The notes under the pieces: generated by a model | Told to the model about the DNA's origin: nothing | The model's database searches: none | The model's input: only the letters and a program-made list of their open reading frames with translations | Assembly (NCBI GenBank): GCA_951406725.2 | Contig: OX597822.1 | Span: 45,198,001 to 45,262,000 of the forward strand | DNA length: 64,000 nucleotides | Direction of reading: 5' to 3' | DNA from: Octopus vulgaris | Taxonomy: Eukaryota | Made by a program: the position numbers and the translations under genes | In this document: positions 1-13,470 of the stretch, in pieces | Layout: the number at the start of each line of letters is the position of its first letter | How positions within the stretch are numbered: the first letter of the stretch is position 1

Positions 1-3
1 TAA

Positions 4-515
<512 letters not shown>

Positions 516-533
516 ATATAGGCATAGACAGAC

Positions 534-564
<31 letters not shown>

Positions 565-639
565 CAGAAACATACATACATACATATATACATACATCTA
601 CAAGTATATATATACATGTGCGTGTGCGTGTGTATTCGT

Positions 640-845
640 GGATGTCCCCCACCACCCACCCCCCAGCGTTTGACAACCGGTGTTGGTGTGTCTTCGTTGC
701 CGTAACTTAGTGGTTCGGCAAAAGAGCCGGATAGGAAAAAGTAACCAGTCTTAAAAATGAAAAAAATTCTGGTGTCGTTTCGTTCGCCTAAAATTCTTCA
801 AGTCGGTGCCCCAGTATGGCCGCAGTCAGATGATTGAAATAGATA
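640..845 (+). mobile_element. SINE S1, 3' half
   Basis: TTGACAACCGGTGTTGGTGTG...GGTTCGGCAAAAGAG...CCAGTATGGCCGCAGTC matches the S1 tail. Confidence 0.75.
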
Positions 846-1018
846 AACCGCGCATGTGTGTATGTGTGTGTGTGTGCGCGCGCGGGTGCGTGCGTGCGTG
901 TGTGTGTGTGCGTGGGTACGTATATAAATATGCATGTATGTATATATGTGTGTTTGTATGTGCGTTTGTGTATCTGTGTTTCTCCTCCAACATCACTTGG
1001 CAGCCGTCGTGTATATAC

Positions 1019-1102
<84 letters not shown>

Positions 1103-1118
1103 ATATATATATTTATAA

Positions 1119-1151
<33 letters not shown>

Positions 1152-2099
1152 TATACATTCATACATACATACATTCATAAATACATACACGTACATATAT
1201 GTCTACACATACACATGTGTATATTTGTGTGTGTGTGAATATATAAATGGATAGGACAACCTGAGATAAACAATCACAAGTGTGACAATACCAAAGCCGA
1301 TAATCAAACTGTATAAACAGAATGTATATTTAAAATAAAAATTGAAAGAAATATACGATAAGTAACTAATTGCACTTCCTTAAGATAAGGTGGGTGAGTG
1401 GGGGTGCGGAGATGGGGCTGGGAGGAAGAAAGAAATTATTATAGTAAGATTAGTGAGATAAGTATTTGGGATTAAGACGGTATTGTGTCTTTGGAAAGAT
1501 AACAAAACAACGCAAAGGTGAAGAATTTCTAAATAACATGACGAAGAAGGTTGTGGGTGGTGAGTGTTAGATGTTTGGAGACAACGACTGAAGACTTTGA
1601 TGTTTGAATGTGGTAAGTGGTTTGGTGGTAGTTATTTTACACAGGATACATACACACAGAATGTATGTGTGTGTATGTGTGTGTGTCTGAGTGTATGTGT
1701 GTGTGTGTGTGTGTGTTTATTATAAAACTGTGATAATGAAGTCAAACCGAATAGTGATATTTTGGAATCATTTAATATGTGCGTTTCATGACTGCGTCAG
1801 ATTTAATTGGAAATACAACCAGTATGTAAGATCTTCCTCAGTGGAATACATATGTTTACATACATAAGGTTGTACGTGTGTGTGTGTGTGTCTCACTTTA
1901 TAAAGATAAATATGTGTGTGTGTATATAAATATACATATATATATATGTATATGTATATATATATGCATATATATGTTTATATATGTATATATATATATA
2001 TGTATATATATGTATATATATGTATATATATGTATATATACATACATATGTATATACATACATACATATGTATATACATTCATACATACATATATATAT

Positions 2100-2174
<75 letters not shown>

Positions 2175-2209
2175 TATAAATATATATATATGTTCATTTT
2201 CTCTTAATC

Positions 2210-2245
2210 CTTTCTGTTGAAGAGCGTACGCCCGAAACGTAGAAG
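2210..2245 (+). ncRNA. Degenerate minimal hammerhead motif, family F (element ~2195-2345)
   Basis: CTTT-CTGTTGA-A-GAGC-GTAC-GCCC-GAAAC-GTA-GAAG. The core has an A6U change. Flanking sequence is homologous to 49885-50010(-) and 58153-58349(-). Confidence 0.55.
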
Positions 2246-2340
2246 ACTTTTAAAGACTATTTTACTTTAACGAGCGTCAAACGAATGCACCTTCTTGTTC
2301 CTCATACACCTGTCTTCGTCTTTTGTTTTTTCTATAAATC

Positions 2341-2385
<45 letters not shown>

Positions 2386-3324
2386 ATTACCTCTCCATTT
2401 TCTCCTTATTCTTTATTCTATAATATAAATTGGACATGGGCGATTGTTGTATTCTTTCTTGTCTTGAGGTTCACAGCCAAACGGCTGGGTGGATTCTCCT
2501 GAAAAATGATACCCTGTGGCGACGGGTACATAGATTGGAATGCGGTTTGTATTTTTTCCTTGCCCCCCATAGTTACTGAGAAAATCGATTAAAACTTTTT
2601 CTAATGGAATTTCCTTCTTTCTTCCGTCATTATAACAACCAGTTGCTCTCATAGCCGGCATATACCATTTCACTAGCAACAAGGGGAGTACAGGATGACA
2701 GTCAGCCGAAACTTTCGTTATACTGTCTCTCTTCTTTCACCTCTTTGTGGGGTTAATAATCTTAATTTTCAGTTACAGTTTCTCATTCAAATTACATGAT
2801 AAGCAGAATTGTTGGATTAAGACAGTAGAGTGTTTTGGGTGAAATTTGGCTGCTATTTCTACCAGATTTAGCTACCATGTAGAGGTCTGAAGTAAATTTT
2901 CATTCACATATTTACATTTCAAAAAGTTAACATAATCTTTTCCGTAAATCAACTATCGTAAAAAAATACGCACACACATACATTTCATATATCTTCTTTC
3001 AATTTCTGCTCTCTGCAAATAAAACTTTTACGGATACAACTGCTTACAAAAATAGAGATTAATGTATAATTTCTTTCTATGTTCATAATTAAATCAATGT
3101 TTTAATGATTACACAGAGGTCCGTAAGAATAGCTCTCAGAAACAGATTACGTACAAATTCGTTCTTCACAACTCCTGAAACTGTTTTCTGACAAGGGGTG
3201 GGAGTCAGGAAATTTTCATACAGCTGGAGGCTCCAATCGAAACGGGACCTGAAATGACGAGGTTGAGAAACGTTGTTATAGATTATGCCTAACCGAAAAC
3301 GATTACAGCCACATCATCCAAACA

Positions 3325-3353
3325 GACCGGGTGAAACCGGGCTTAGCTGCTAG

Positions 3354-3354
<1 letters not shown>
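3325..3354 (+). mobile_element. Probable Helitron 3' terminus
   Basis: GC-rich hairpin CCGG-GTGAAA-CCGG followed about 10 nt later by CTAG|T, the canonical Helitron 3' end. Confidence 0.5.
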
Positions 3355-3447
<93 letters not shown>

Positions 3448-3546
3448 CATACACGCATATACGCATGTGCAGCATCTTGAGCAAGTGTTCACTGCTCTTG
3501 CCGAAGGGCGACCATTGTCTTCCGAATATTGTGCAGTAGTCCGCTA

Positions 3547-3580
<34 letters not shown>

Positions 3581-3583
<3 letters not shown>

Positions 3584-4191
3584 ATTAATTAATTAATTAA
3601 TTAATTTTACCCTCAATTGTTGAAATTATAATTCATCTCTCTCTATTTAATGTTTTCGGATTTACCGAAAAAACATAATGTTTGCTGATTTTAACCCACG
3701 CTGGTGGAAAGGGGAGAGCAGAAATTCTTCGCTTGCATATTTTGGGTTTGCTGGCACTGTTAGTTTCGAGCAGATCTTCAGAAGCGATTAGAAGCCGAAA
3801 GGGTATGCTCCCACTTTCAGTGTTTTCAAATCCAAACCAAGGAGTTCTGAGCTGATGATAGAAATGTCGAGTTTGACTAATCTTGAAACGTACGTTCTCA
3901 AATAACCTTTGCATTTGATTTTTTAATGTCTTTACCCCCATACTTTCGTGAGTTGAATTGAGCAAACACTATATGAGAGAGATTTTCTTTAAGTATTAGA
4001 AATAGTTTAAAAAAAGTTTTTTTAGCTACTATTTCTAATGAGTTCAGTATGTGGCAAAGTAATTTATTTTACTAAGCCCTTTTATATAATGTAATAATTT
4101 GAATTCGCCTTAAATGGTCCCTTTACATACTGAACACTTGGTGATATTGATTAATAATTAATTAATTAATTTTACCCTCAATTGTTGAAAT
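3581..4191. repeat. (TA)n-flanked segment bounded by direct repeat (AATT)n-TTACCCTCAATTGTTGAAAT
   Basis: The same ~40-mer occurs at about 3585-3626 and 4155-4191, and inverted at 49306-49345. All three copies adjoin TA-rich tracts. Confidence 0.6.
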
Positions 4192-4500
4192 ATATATATA
4201 TATATATATATATACATACATACATACATACATACATACATACATACATACATACATACATACATACATACATACATACACGAAAGGTACTGAAAAGTCC
4301 ATGGTTTTAAGGGTATCGAGAAAAGCCTGGTTAGAGGCTCAAACGTACGAATTCTTTCCCGGGGCTTAGAAAAACTGAAGGACAATTACAATAAATGCGT
4401 GAATCTGAGAGGGGAACATATAATTATGGGGAATAAAATCATAATTAACTGAGCCTCCAGTATTCTTCTCGTACCCAAACCCAGGAACATTTCAACAGAC

Positions 4501-4583
<83 letters not shown>

Positions 4584-4869
4584 GTGTGTGTGTACGTGTC
4601 TATGTATATGCATTTGTCTTTGTGTTTGCCCACCACCGTGGTTTGATGACCGGTGCTGTCCGATATCTCAGTAAAAAAGCTTTTCCGGCAAAAAACCCTG
4701 ATAGAATAATTACTAAGTCTCAGACATTAAAAATATATACACCTGAGTTGATTTGATATAGTGCTCCAGCATGTCCGGAGTTCGATGACTGAATGAAGTA
4801 AAAATAAACGATAAAAATATGCAATAGTACTTGCATACGTTACCTATATGTGTATATATACACGTACGT

Positions 4870-5015
4870 ACATGGTCCCGAGTTCAGTCCCACTGAGTGG
4901 AACCTTGAGCAAATGTCTTCTAATATAGCCTCGGGTCGACCAAAGCCTTGTGGGTGGATTTGGTAGACGGAAACTGAAAGATGCCCGTCGTATATCTATA
5001 TATATGTGTATATGC

Positions 5016-5062
<47 letters not shown>

Positions 5063-5290
5063 CATGTATGTATGCATGTGTATGTATATATTTGTGTGTT
5101 CCCCTCCAACATCGCTTGACAACCGATGTTGGGCTGTTTACTTCCCCATAACCTAACGGTTCGGCGAAAGACCGATAGAATAGGTACTAGGCTTAGAAAG
5201 AATAAGTCCTGGGGTCGATTTGTTTGACTAAAGGTAGTGCTCCAGCATGACCTCAGTCAAATGACTGAAACAAGTAAAAGAATAAAAGAA
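4870..5290 (+). mobile_element. SINE S1 (a further 3' half lies at ~4610-4815)
   Basis: GAGTTCAGTCCC B-box, ACCTTGAGCAAATG CORE-like segment, S1 body and tail. Confidence 0.85.
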
Positions 5291-5338
5291 TATATATATA
5301 TATATGTGTGTGTATATATATTTATATATATGTATGTA

Positions 5339-5371
<33 letters not shown>

Positions 5372-6007
5372 ATATATATATATATATATATACATACATT
5401 CGTATATATATAATCTATATATAGATATATATATATATACATCTTTCTCTCTATCTCTCTCTTTATCTCTCTCTCTTTATCTCTCTCTCTCTTTCTCTTT
5501 CTCTTTCTCTCTCCCTCTCACAAACACACACACCAACATACAGAGAAACGCATACACACAAACATACATGCTGGCACACATGTGACTATATACGAGTACA
5601 CGCTTGTTTATGTATGATCCCAAACAATAAAAATAGAGCGCGTAGAGTAGCGGCTACAGAATATGTAATGATACAGGATATAGAATACAGAACATAGGAT
5701 ACCTGCCATAAAAGTTCCGGAAGTAGAATTTCCGGATGTACTATGCATTTCCGATAAAAAAAAAAGTGTTAGAACAAATACTTAGCCTGCACATGAATGC
5801 AGAAGACCATGTACCGTTGCCCAGGTTGTGTCCTACAGCCTGAGTGGAGGGTGTTGTTAAGATGGCGGAGAGTTGGTGTACAGTGGGAGGTTTAGTTTGT
5901 TGTATAGCATTCGTCCATGATATTGTATATACATGCATGTATATGTATACGTGCGTCTATGCGTGTATATATATGTACACACACACACACACGTACACAC
6001 ACGCACG

Positions 6008-6043
<36 letters not shown>

Positions 6044-6045
<2 letters not shown>

Positions 6046-6170
6046 ATAGGGAGTATAAATCCAAACTTACAGGGGAAAATTAGATTTAGTATTAAATCAA
6101 ATTTCACATTATGTATTGGTTTATGTCTATCACTGTTTGAGTTGCCTAATAGTAGTTTTATCTCTAATTC

Positions 6171-6180
<10 letters not shown>
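6044..6180. mobile_element. PLE-type foldback remnant, family C
   Basis: Left part is the reverse complement of the 22153-22232 tail. Right part matches the 22080-22150 arm. (TA)n on both sides. Confidence 0.6.
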
Positions 6181-6239
<59 letters not shown>

Positions 6240-6242
6240 CTA

Positions 6243-6598
6243 CGGCACTGCATCGGTTGTGATGACGAGGGTTCCAGTTGACCCAATCAACGGAACAGCC
6301 TGCTCGTGAAAATAAGGTGCAAGCGGCTGAGCACTCGACAGAAACGTGGAAATTCAGCGTGACACAGATTGTGACAAGGCTGGCCGTTCGAAATACAGAT
6401 ACAACAGAAACAGGAAGAGTGAGAGAAAGTTGTAGTGGAATAATACAGCAGGGTTCGCCATCCTACACCCCTGCCGGAGCCTCATGGGGCTTTAGGTGTT
6501 TTCGCTCAATAAACACTCACAAGGCCCAGTTTGGAATCGAAACTGTGATCCTAAGACCACGAGTCCACTGCCCTAACCACTGGACTATTGCGCCTCCA
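6243..6598 (-). mobile_element. tRNA-derived SINE, family S4
   Basis: Minus-strand head GGAGGCGCAATAGTCCAGTGGTTAGGGC...GTTTCGATTCC. Homologous to 26712-27066. Confidence 0.8.
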
Positions 6599-6852
6599 CA
6601 ATGTACGTTTATACATATTTAGATACATATTGAAGTTATGAGAGGTAATGGTGTCAAGAAGACCCAAAGGTGTCAGGTAATGCTGAGTAAGTGCTATGGA
6701 CAGACTATAGTTAAGCTCCAGGTTGGTGATTATGCGAATGAGGAGTCCAACGTAGGTCATATATCAGCATGTGCATATATAAAAAAAGAGATTAACAGAA
6801 TGCGATAAAAATCCAAGGCTGTGAAAGATTTCAGAACATTTAGAAATAGAAT

Positions 6853-6900
6853 GTATTACAGCTGTTTCCGGGATATTTCATACATCCCTTCATCGGTGAC
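6853..6900 (-). ncRNA. Minimal hammerhead motif (stem I degenerate)
   Basis: Minus strand reads CCGATGA-A-GGGAT-(9 nt)-ATCCC-G-GAAAC-AGCT-GTA, with palindromic stem III ACAGCTGT. Confidence 0.6.
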
Positions 6901-7127
6901 GGTGTGAGAAAATGGTTAAGCAATAGTTATTCTAGATAAGATATGAAATAGAAAGTGGAGGAATGAAAATAGACGTGAGATATGTAGGGATATTTTATCT
7001 TGTTCCATTATTTAGGCAGAAAGGTATACATATAAGTTTCCTGTACCTTGTGATTAAGTTCCAATAGTATTTAAAATTGGTCATTCCAAGCATAGAGTTA
7101 GATTCAATAACACCGTTTACTTACCTT

Positions 7128-7217
7128 TTGCCGAACCACTAAGTTACGGGGATGTAAACCCAACAGCATCGATTGTCAAACGACGTTGGGGGACAAACAC
7201 AGACACACAAACATATG

Positions 7218-7293
<76 letters not shown>

Positions 7294-7361
7294 CATATAT
7301 TCGACGGGTTTCTTTCAGTTTCCGTCTACCAAATTCACTCACAAGGTTTTGATGGGCCGAG

Positions 7362-7365
<4 letters not shown>
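7128..7365 (-). mobile_element. SINE S1 internal fragment
   Basis: TTTTGCCGAACCACTAAGTTACGGGGA...TTTCCGTCTACCAAATTCACTCACAAGG. Confidence 0.75.
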
Positions 7366-7443
<78 letters not shown>

Positions 7444-7445
7444 TT

Positions 7446-7528
<83 letters not shown>

Positions 7529-7896
7529 GGTGTGCAATTAAAACAAGTTTAACTCCTTAAAGTAAGTGGAGGATAACTGCATTCTGTGTGTTTAGTTTTA
7601 TGAAAAATATATTCAAAATAATACGTTTTCAGAGAATAAATATTCCTGTATTATAGTTCAACTGAAATTATATTAATGTATATATTTTCTGGAGGCACGT
7701 TTGACGTATATAATTTTTATAAACATATATAAAAGTGAGAGGGATGGAAAGGAACAACAACAAAAAGAAAAATAAGGAGTCACGTGCTGCTACATGTGAT
7801 TTTGTTTGTTTTTGTTTACGTTCGTTTTTGTATCGTAAAAGGTTTTACTTTATACGCTTCTTTATTTTTTGGGGGTTTTTTTTTTATATATATAGT

Positions 7897-7975
7897 ACAG
7901 TAATCCCTCGACTATCGTGGGTGTTATGTTCCCAAACCTGTCACGATAGGTGAAAATCCGCGAAGTAGAAACAGC
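7897..7975 (+). mobile_element. pogo/Tigger-like terminal inverted repeat fragment
   Basis: TA|CAGTAATCCCTCGACTATCGTGG; a related end occurs in reverse at 48165-48192. Confidence 0.5.
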
Positions 7976-7982
7976 ATTGTAG

Positions 7983-8230
7983 TCTTTTACTTGTTTCAGT
8001 CATTTGACTGTGACCATGCTGGAGCACCGCCTTTAGTCGAGCAAATCGACCCCAGAACTTATTCTTTGTAAGCCTAGTTCTTATTCTATCGGTCTCTTTT
8101 GCCGAACCGCTAGGTTACGGAGACATAAACACACCAGCCTCGGTTGTCAAGCGATGGTGGGGCGACAAACACAAGCACACATATACACACATATACACAT
8201 ATACACATATACACATATACACATATACAC

Positions 8231-8309
<79 letters not shown>

Positions 8310-8672
8310 TATAAACCAGCTTAGAGAAGAAGAAACGAAACGAAACCAAACGAATCGAATCGACGTGAAGGCGCTCAGTCATACAATAGTGTAATAAATA
8401 AAATATATGCATACATACAAACATATATGTACGTACCTACATCTACATGTATATATACATGCATATATAAATATATATACGTGTGTACAGGACACCACAA
8501 ATAGACGTAGAACTCAACGAGAAATATATATATACGACGCGCTCCTTTCAGTTTCCGTCTACCAAATCCACTCACAAGGCTTTGGTCGGCCTGAGGCTAT
8601 AGCAGAAAACACTTGCCCAAGGTACCACGCAGTGGGATTGAACCCGGAACCATGTGGTTGGTAAGCAAGCTA
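7983..8672 (-). mobile_element. SINE S1 with expanded internal microsatellite; head cut by the adjacent LINE
   Basis: Tail at 7983-8180, head and body at 8533-8672. The head stops at GCAAGCTACT where the LINE 3' end begins. Confidence 0.8.
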
Positions 8673-9738
8673 CTTTATTTCATAAATATTTGCCATGAAG
8701 GCATTACAAAGAGGGGACAAAAAAGGACAGACAAACATAAAAGGGTGAAGTAGCTGTAGTAATTAAATATTTACAATTTAAAAATACAATAATTCAATGA
8801 ATATGTTCATAACTTTTGACTTAAGCGTTGCTCATTACGATTTGTAATGGCCTCTCTGAAGGATAGGCATCCGACCACCAGGGTAGACACCTTGTTTTTT
8901 CTTTCCTGTTTTTGGCTTCCACTTACCTGATATCAAACACTTCCAGCTTCCTCGCCACAGGTTTCCATTTTCTCATGAATCTGTCTTGTGACAGATACCT
9001 TTTCTCCAGCCTGATCTTACTACTTAGGTGGTAACTAAAAAAGTTAACCAACCCCTGGTTGGATAAAAAGGTACCCGTCACTATGCCTCTCACACGCGTC
9101 TTCGATACTGTTTCTTCCAGTATGGCTACTACGCAGAAAAAGCAAGCCTTCCTTTCCCTGTTAAGGGAAGGAGGCGGCACAATTTCGATGATAGATTCAG
9201 CTGATAGCTGTACTCTTCCCATCGATGACAACAGTTGCTCTGCGAAAACTATCAGTCTCGTTAATTCCGAGCATTCCACAAATGCGCGCAAAACGGTTTC
9301 CCTGTCCTGCACGCACCTCGGACATGTCGGCGAGACGGCACTTCCGTACCTTGACAGTTTATCACGAACAGGTAACGCCGCAAGGAAGCACTGCGAAGCC
9401 AGGGATTTCTGGTAATTGTCCAGCTACCTCGGCCCGAAAGTTCTCCGGAACAGGTTGATTCAATGATATTCATCGTAGCCCAGGCTCTCCCCCAAGGCGT
9501 CTTCGAACTTAACCTCCACTAACCCACTATAGAAATCCGCAGTAGAACTCCTATTACCGGCATTGCCCGCCCGAGAGAGTAGCTGAAGTGCCTGGCGGCA
9601 CTTCAATTGCAAGTCCCCCAGACTAGGTCTCTGCTTGATCCGTTAAGGACGTTAATTGCGGACGGCAGAACCGAACGTGCGTTGACCACACCTGCTCTCC
9701 ATCCAGGTAAAGCCAGAGGTGCCTCAACCTTAACCGCA
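8673..9738 (-). pseudogene. 5'-truncated L1/Tx1-clade LINE (ORF2 C-terminus with zinc knuckle, plus 3' UTR)
   Basis: Minus-strand translation ...LDNYQKSLASQCFLAALPVRDKLSRYGSAVSPTCPRCVQDRETVLRAFVEC...HLSSKIRLEKRYLSQDRFMRKW fits a zf-RVT-type CxxC...ET..(H)..C motif. In-frame stops occur upstream. Confidence 0.75.
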
Positions 9739-10133
9739 AATAATTGTTGTTGACAAAGATCCGGAGAAATTGTATTCACCTCAATAGTCGTCATTGATTG
9801 GTTGAAATTGCCGAAATGCAAGAAATTAAACAACAAATAGCTTACAAACTACAGAATTTTCTCAAGAAAGCCAAGAGAAAAAGATGTTTTATGTAACACA
9901 TTCTACCAGTATACGAAGTTTAAAAGTGTTTAGTTACAAAGAAAATATTTTTAAAATCTGCCGGTCAAAGCAAAAATATCCCGATTGTCCTTCTCTTCAT
10001 ATTTTCAACACTAGGAGAGTGTGAGATCTTTATATATCCACCCTCCTCTCTCATTCTCTTAAAAAGCTCGGAGAGCTTCTCCGTTTGTATTGCTACATTT
10101 ATACATGATACAGAGGCTACTGCTGGCAAAGGC

Positions 10134-10177
<44 letters not shown>

Positions 10178-10244
10178 TAATAATAATAATAATAACATGG
10201 AAAAATACCTTAGGAATGAGAACCCAGGTCCGAAATTTTCTCAA

Positions 10245-10290
10245 GACACCAGATGAAGGCTGGAGGGTATATCAGCCGAAACGTTGTGTT
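10245..10290 (+). ncRNA. Minimal hammerhead motif, family I (element ~10197-10345)
   Basis: GACAC-CAGATGA-A-GGCTG-(10 nt)-CAGCC-GAAAC-GTT-GTGTT. Stem I GACAC/GTGTT, palindromic AACGTT stem III, U4A change in the core. Sister copy at 27214-27242(-) has CTGATGA. Confidence 0.75.
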
Positions 10291-10385
10291 AACAACAAAC
10301 AAGATGAGGACAAATATCCGTCAAATGTAAATAATGTAAACAATGTTTCTTTAATTACTCTGAAACACTGTATCCTAGAGTGTAC

Positions 10386-10454
<69 letters not shown>

Positions 10455-10499
10455 CACGCCACTGACCTCCGGCTTTGTAGAAATTTACTGAAAGTTGTG

Positions 10500-11200
10500 T
10501 GGTCACCTTCATCATATTAAAGTCGTCGACCGTGTTTGCCCTACGAATCGCCGCTCCAAACGTCCTGCTTAAAAACTCATCTCTTATCCCACTCTCTTCT
10601 TACCATACACCCATGACTTACTCCCTGTCACATCCAACAACAAATATTCTTACGCAGAGGTCACTATCTTTTATTCCTCTTTGACGTTCTCCAGCCATGC
10701 ATTATCCATTTGTTGTCGAGACACCACACAACAAACGTATACTGGTTCAATGAACAGAGAGACCTTGAAAGCATCCACCATTGAGTATATGCTAACCTTA
10801 TCCATTTCAACAGCGTCGCTTTAATTGTGAGCAGCTTTTAGCGAGCGAGACACCTCAAATTAACTCTAATTGCTGAGATCTATCGTGGCAAAGTTACATC
10901 CTTAACATAGCTAGGATTACATCTCAACCACTGGCTCTTCTCTTCAGATTTAAAAGGTATATCGACCTCCGACAATTGCCGGTACTCTACAAAGCTTAGA
11001 TGAGGCCCACAATGGAGTATTGCTCTAACATCTGGAGCACTGCGGCTGCCCTTGCTGTTCCTTCTGCCGTACAAACAACCTACATTGTATCCAGAAAAGT
11101 CCATCCAGCTCAGTGACATAATCTGTTATAGACACACTCCAGTCTCCTCGCCCACAAACATGCTGCCTTTTCTATCACGGTAATAACGGCCTTTGCTCAC
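10500..11200 (-). pseudogene. Possible decayed LINE ORF1/APE-endonuclease region
   Basis: Broken minus-strand frames contain LLLDVT, GVYG and VDDFN (GDFN-like). Weak evidence. Confidence 0.3.
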
Positions 11201-11299
11201 CAGAGCTGGTTACATTCATGCTATCTACTTTCAAGCAAACCCGATTAACGATTATTGTGAAGAGATTTGAAAGTTCGGTGCTTCAAAATTACTAATATT

Positions 11300-11960
11300 T
11301 TCTTCCTGGGTGGTATTTATCGATGAGCAGAAACTGGAAAGAATCACCCAAGAGATGGGATTTATTTAAATCAGAATATTCAATATTTCCTGAAAACTGT
11401 TCAGGAGATTGATGACAAAAATGTCAAAGACATGCCACAGAGTAACAACATGGTTTGCAGCAGAAATGAAATGAAATATGCTGAGATGTCCAAGAGCAAA
11501 AGTTAACATCAAAGATAGATGGATGATAAAGTGAGTTTCTGTTGATGGCGTATGCCATGGAATATTGATCGCGAAGGACGCTCTGAGATGTTTTGTGAAC
11601 CATTGAGTGCATCGGTACAGCTATTGATATCTACAATAAGCTTTAAAATGATTTGTATAGCCAGGTAATATTGATAGAAAGCACATCGTATTTTGTACAG
11701 CAGATGCAGTCCCTCCTCTAATGTGCAACAAATATGGTCGCCTAAAAATGATGAAGGGTGACGATCCAGGAATGTCGTTTTTGCATTGTGTTATTTATGA
11801 AGAAAATTTAGTGAGCAAGTTAGATTCACCTGATGTAAATGTGTTGCAGGTTTGTGAAGATGAATACACATATCTGTGTAACATTATTGTTTGGTAAGTG
11901 ATGAGCTGGTGAGTGATGAGCTGTGTAAGGTCATTGTTTGATACTAATGTAAGATGGTAG
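11300..11960 (+). pseudogene. Decayed hAT (Charlie-like) transposase fragment
   Basis: HCVIYEENLVSK (CxxH-like motif) at ~11783 and TNVRW at ~11944. Confidence 0.5.
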
Positions 11961-11982
11961 ATGATGAGCTGGCAGAAACGTT

Positions 11983-12100
11983 GGCACGTCGGTTAATGCT
12001 TGCCGGCATTTCATTCTGCTTTTTAAGTCTTGAGTTCAAATACAGCTGAGGTTCAACTTTGCCTTTCATCCCTTTGGGGTCGATAAATTAAAAGTACCAT
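11983..12100 (+). mobile_element. Nin/Deu-domain SINE, family S2, fragment
   Basis: GAGCTGGCAGAAACGTT head and GCCTTTCATCCCTTTGGGGTCGATAAA core. Confidence 0.7.
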
Positions 12101-12504
12101 TTTTTAGGGATAAGAACGCCAATAGCTTTTTGGCACGTGAACGTAATTTTCAACTTGCCTCGTTTTTGCAAAGTTAGTCTCTCTTCCGCGTGTATGTTCT
12201 CGCTTGGGTTTGTTATCTGACGGACAATTTTGTATACTTGCAAATTGCTATAACATAACACTTATACAAGTAAAACGTGATAAAAGTTCTTTTCTCTCTT
12301 CGTTGGAATCTAGTGGGTTATATTTTATTAAAATTACCATCGATATATTATACAAAATTCAAATTTTAAATCTCTGAAGAGAAGTGTTGTCTATAAATGC
12401 TTATCAATATAGGATTCCATTATAGGGACAACTCCTCTGTGAAACGATCGTAAGATTCTCTAAAAATTTAATTCAAAACTTTTAAACTGTCATATACATT
12501 ATAT

Positions 12505-12930
12505 ATTTATACTTATTTCACACATGTGAGTGAGAACACTTTGAGATATTTTTGGTATCTAACATATGTCAGATACTGCGAACGCTGCTTCTGATTGGTC
12601 AATCCATGGTGATGACCCGAGGTCATGGTGACAGCGCTGCTTCTGATTGGTCAATACATGGTGATGACCCGAGGTCACGGTGACGGCACTACTTTTGTCA
12701 TTCATAAGTTACAACTAAACGTGAAGAATTTAGTTATTGGGTTAATAAAATATGGTCGTTTATTCGTGTGTAATAAATAAAATACCAAACTCATTCCCTA
12801 TGGATACCGTATTTATTACAAGTGGCTTGTAAACGTATCTAACTCGCTTTCGCTCGTTAGATACGTTTACAAACCACTTGTTGTAATAAATACGGTATCC
12901 ATAGGAACTCGTTTGGTATTCTCTATTTAT
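12505..12930. mobile_element. Non-autonomous hairpin element (Crypton-like) with 52-bp tandem duplication
   Basis: Near-perfect inverted repeat 12781-12843 / 12856-12920 with loop TCGCTTTCGCTC. Tandem 52-mers at 12583-12686 contain CTGATTGGTC. The structure is certain; the Crypton assignment is by resemblance only. Confidence 0.55.
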
Positions 12931-13129
12931 ACATTTTTACATATATTTATATATATTTATATTTTTAATACAACAATTATTTTACATACGTATATAACTT
13001 TCTGAAGAATTTTCTTATATTGATTTCCTGATATTAAAAATAATATATTATAAAATATATATTTTATATCTCTGGTACTCACGGTCCAAATAACAACTAT
13101 ATTTACAGATACAGCACCATTCAAGGACC

Positions 13130-13470
13130 AGAGGGGTCGGTACACAACTGGTACTTAATTTATCGACCCCCGAAAGGATGAAAGGCAAAGTCGACCTCGG
13201 CGGAATTTGAACTCAGAACGTAAAGACAGAAGAAATACCTATTTCTTTACTACCCACAAGGGGCTAAACACAGAGGGGACGAACAAGGACAGACAAACGG
13301 ATTAAGTCGATTATATCGACCCCAGTGTGTAAATGGTACTTATTTAATCGACCTCGAAAGGATGAAAGGCAAAGTCGACATAGGTGGAATTTGAACTCAG
13401 AACATAGCGGCAGAAGAAATGCCGCTAAGCATTTCGCCCGGCGTGCTAACGTTTCTACCAGCCGCTGCCT
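13130..13470 (-). mobile_element. Dimeric Nin/Deu-domain SINE S2 with internal LINE-like tail
   Basis: Two copies of CGACCCCGAAAGGATGAAAGGCAAAGTCGACCTCGGCGGAATTTGAACTCAGAAC separated by a 60-bp segment. The same dimer occurs at 38797-39200. Confidence 0.85.

Noticed and set aside
1770-1850. CTGAGGA...GAAAC on the minus strand; a similar trace at 60125-60190
   Set aside because: Stem II does not close onto GAAA, or the core is incomplete.
3750-4355. Hammerhead-like traces at ~3752-3785 (-) and ~4315-4352 (+)
   Set aside because: Core or stems are too degenerate to support from single copies.
12583-12686. CRISPR-like repeat
   Set aside because: Two adjacent 52-bp units with no unique spacers, in eukaryotic context with no cas genes.
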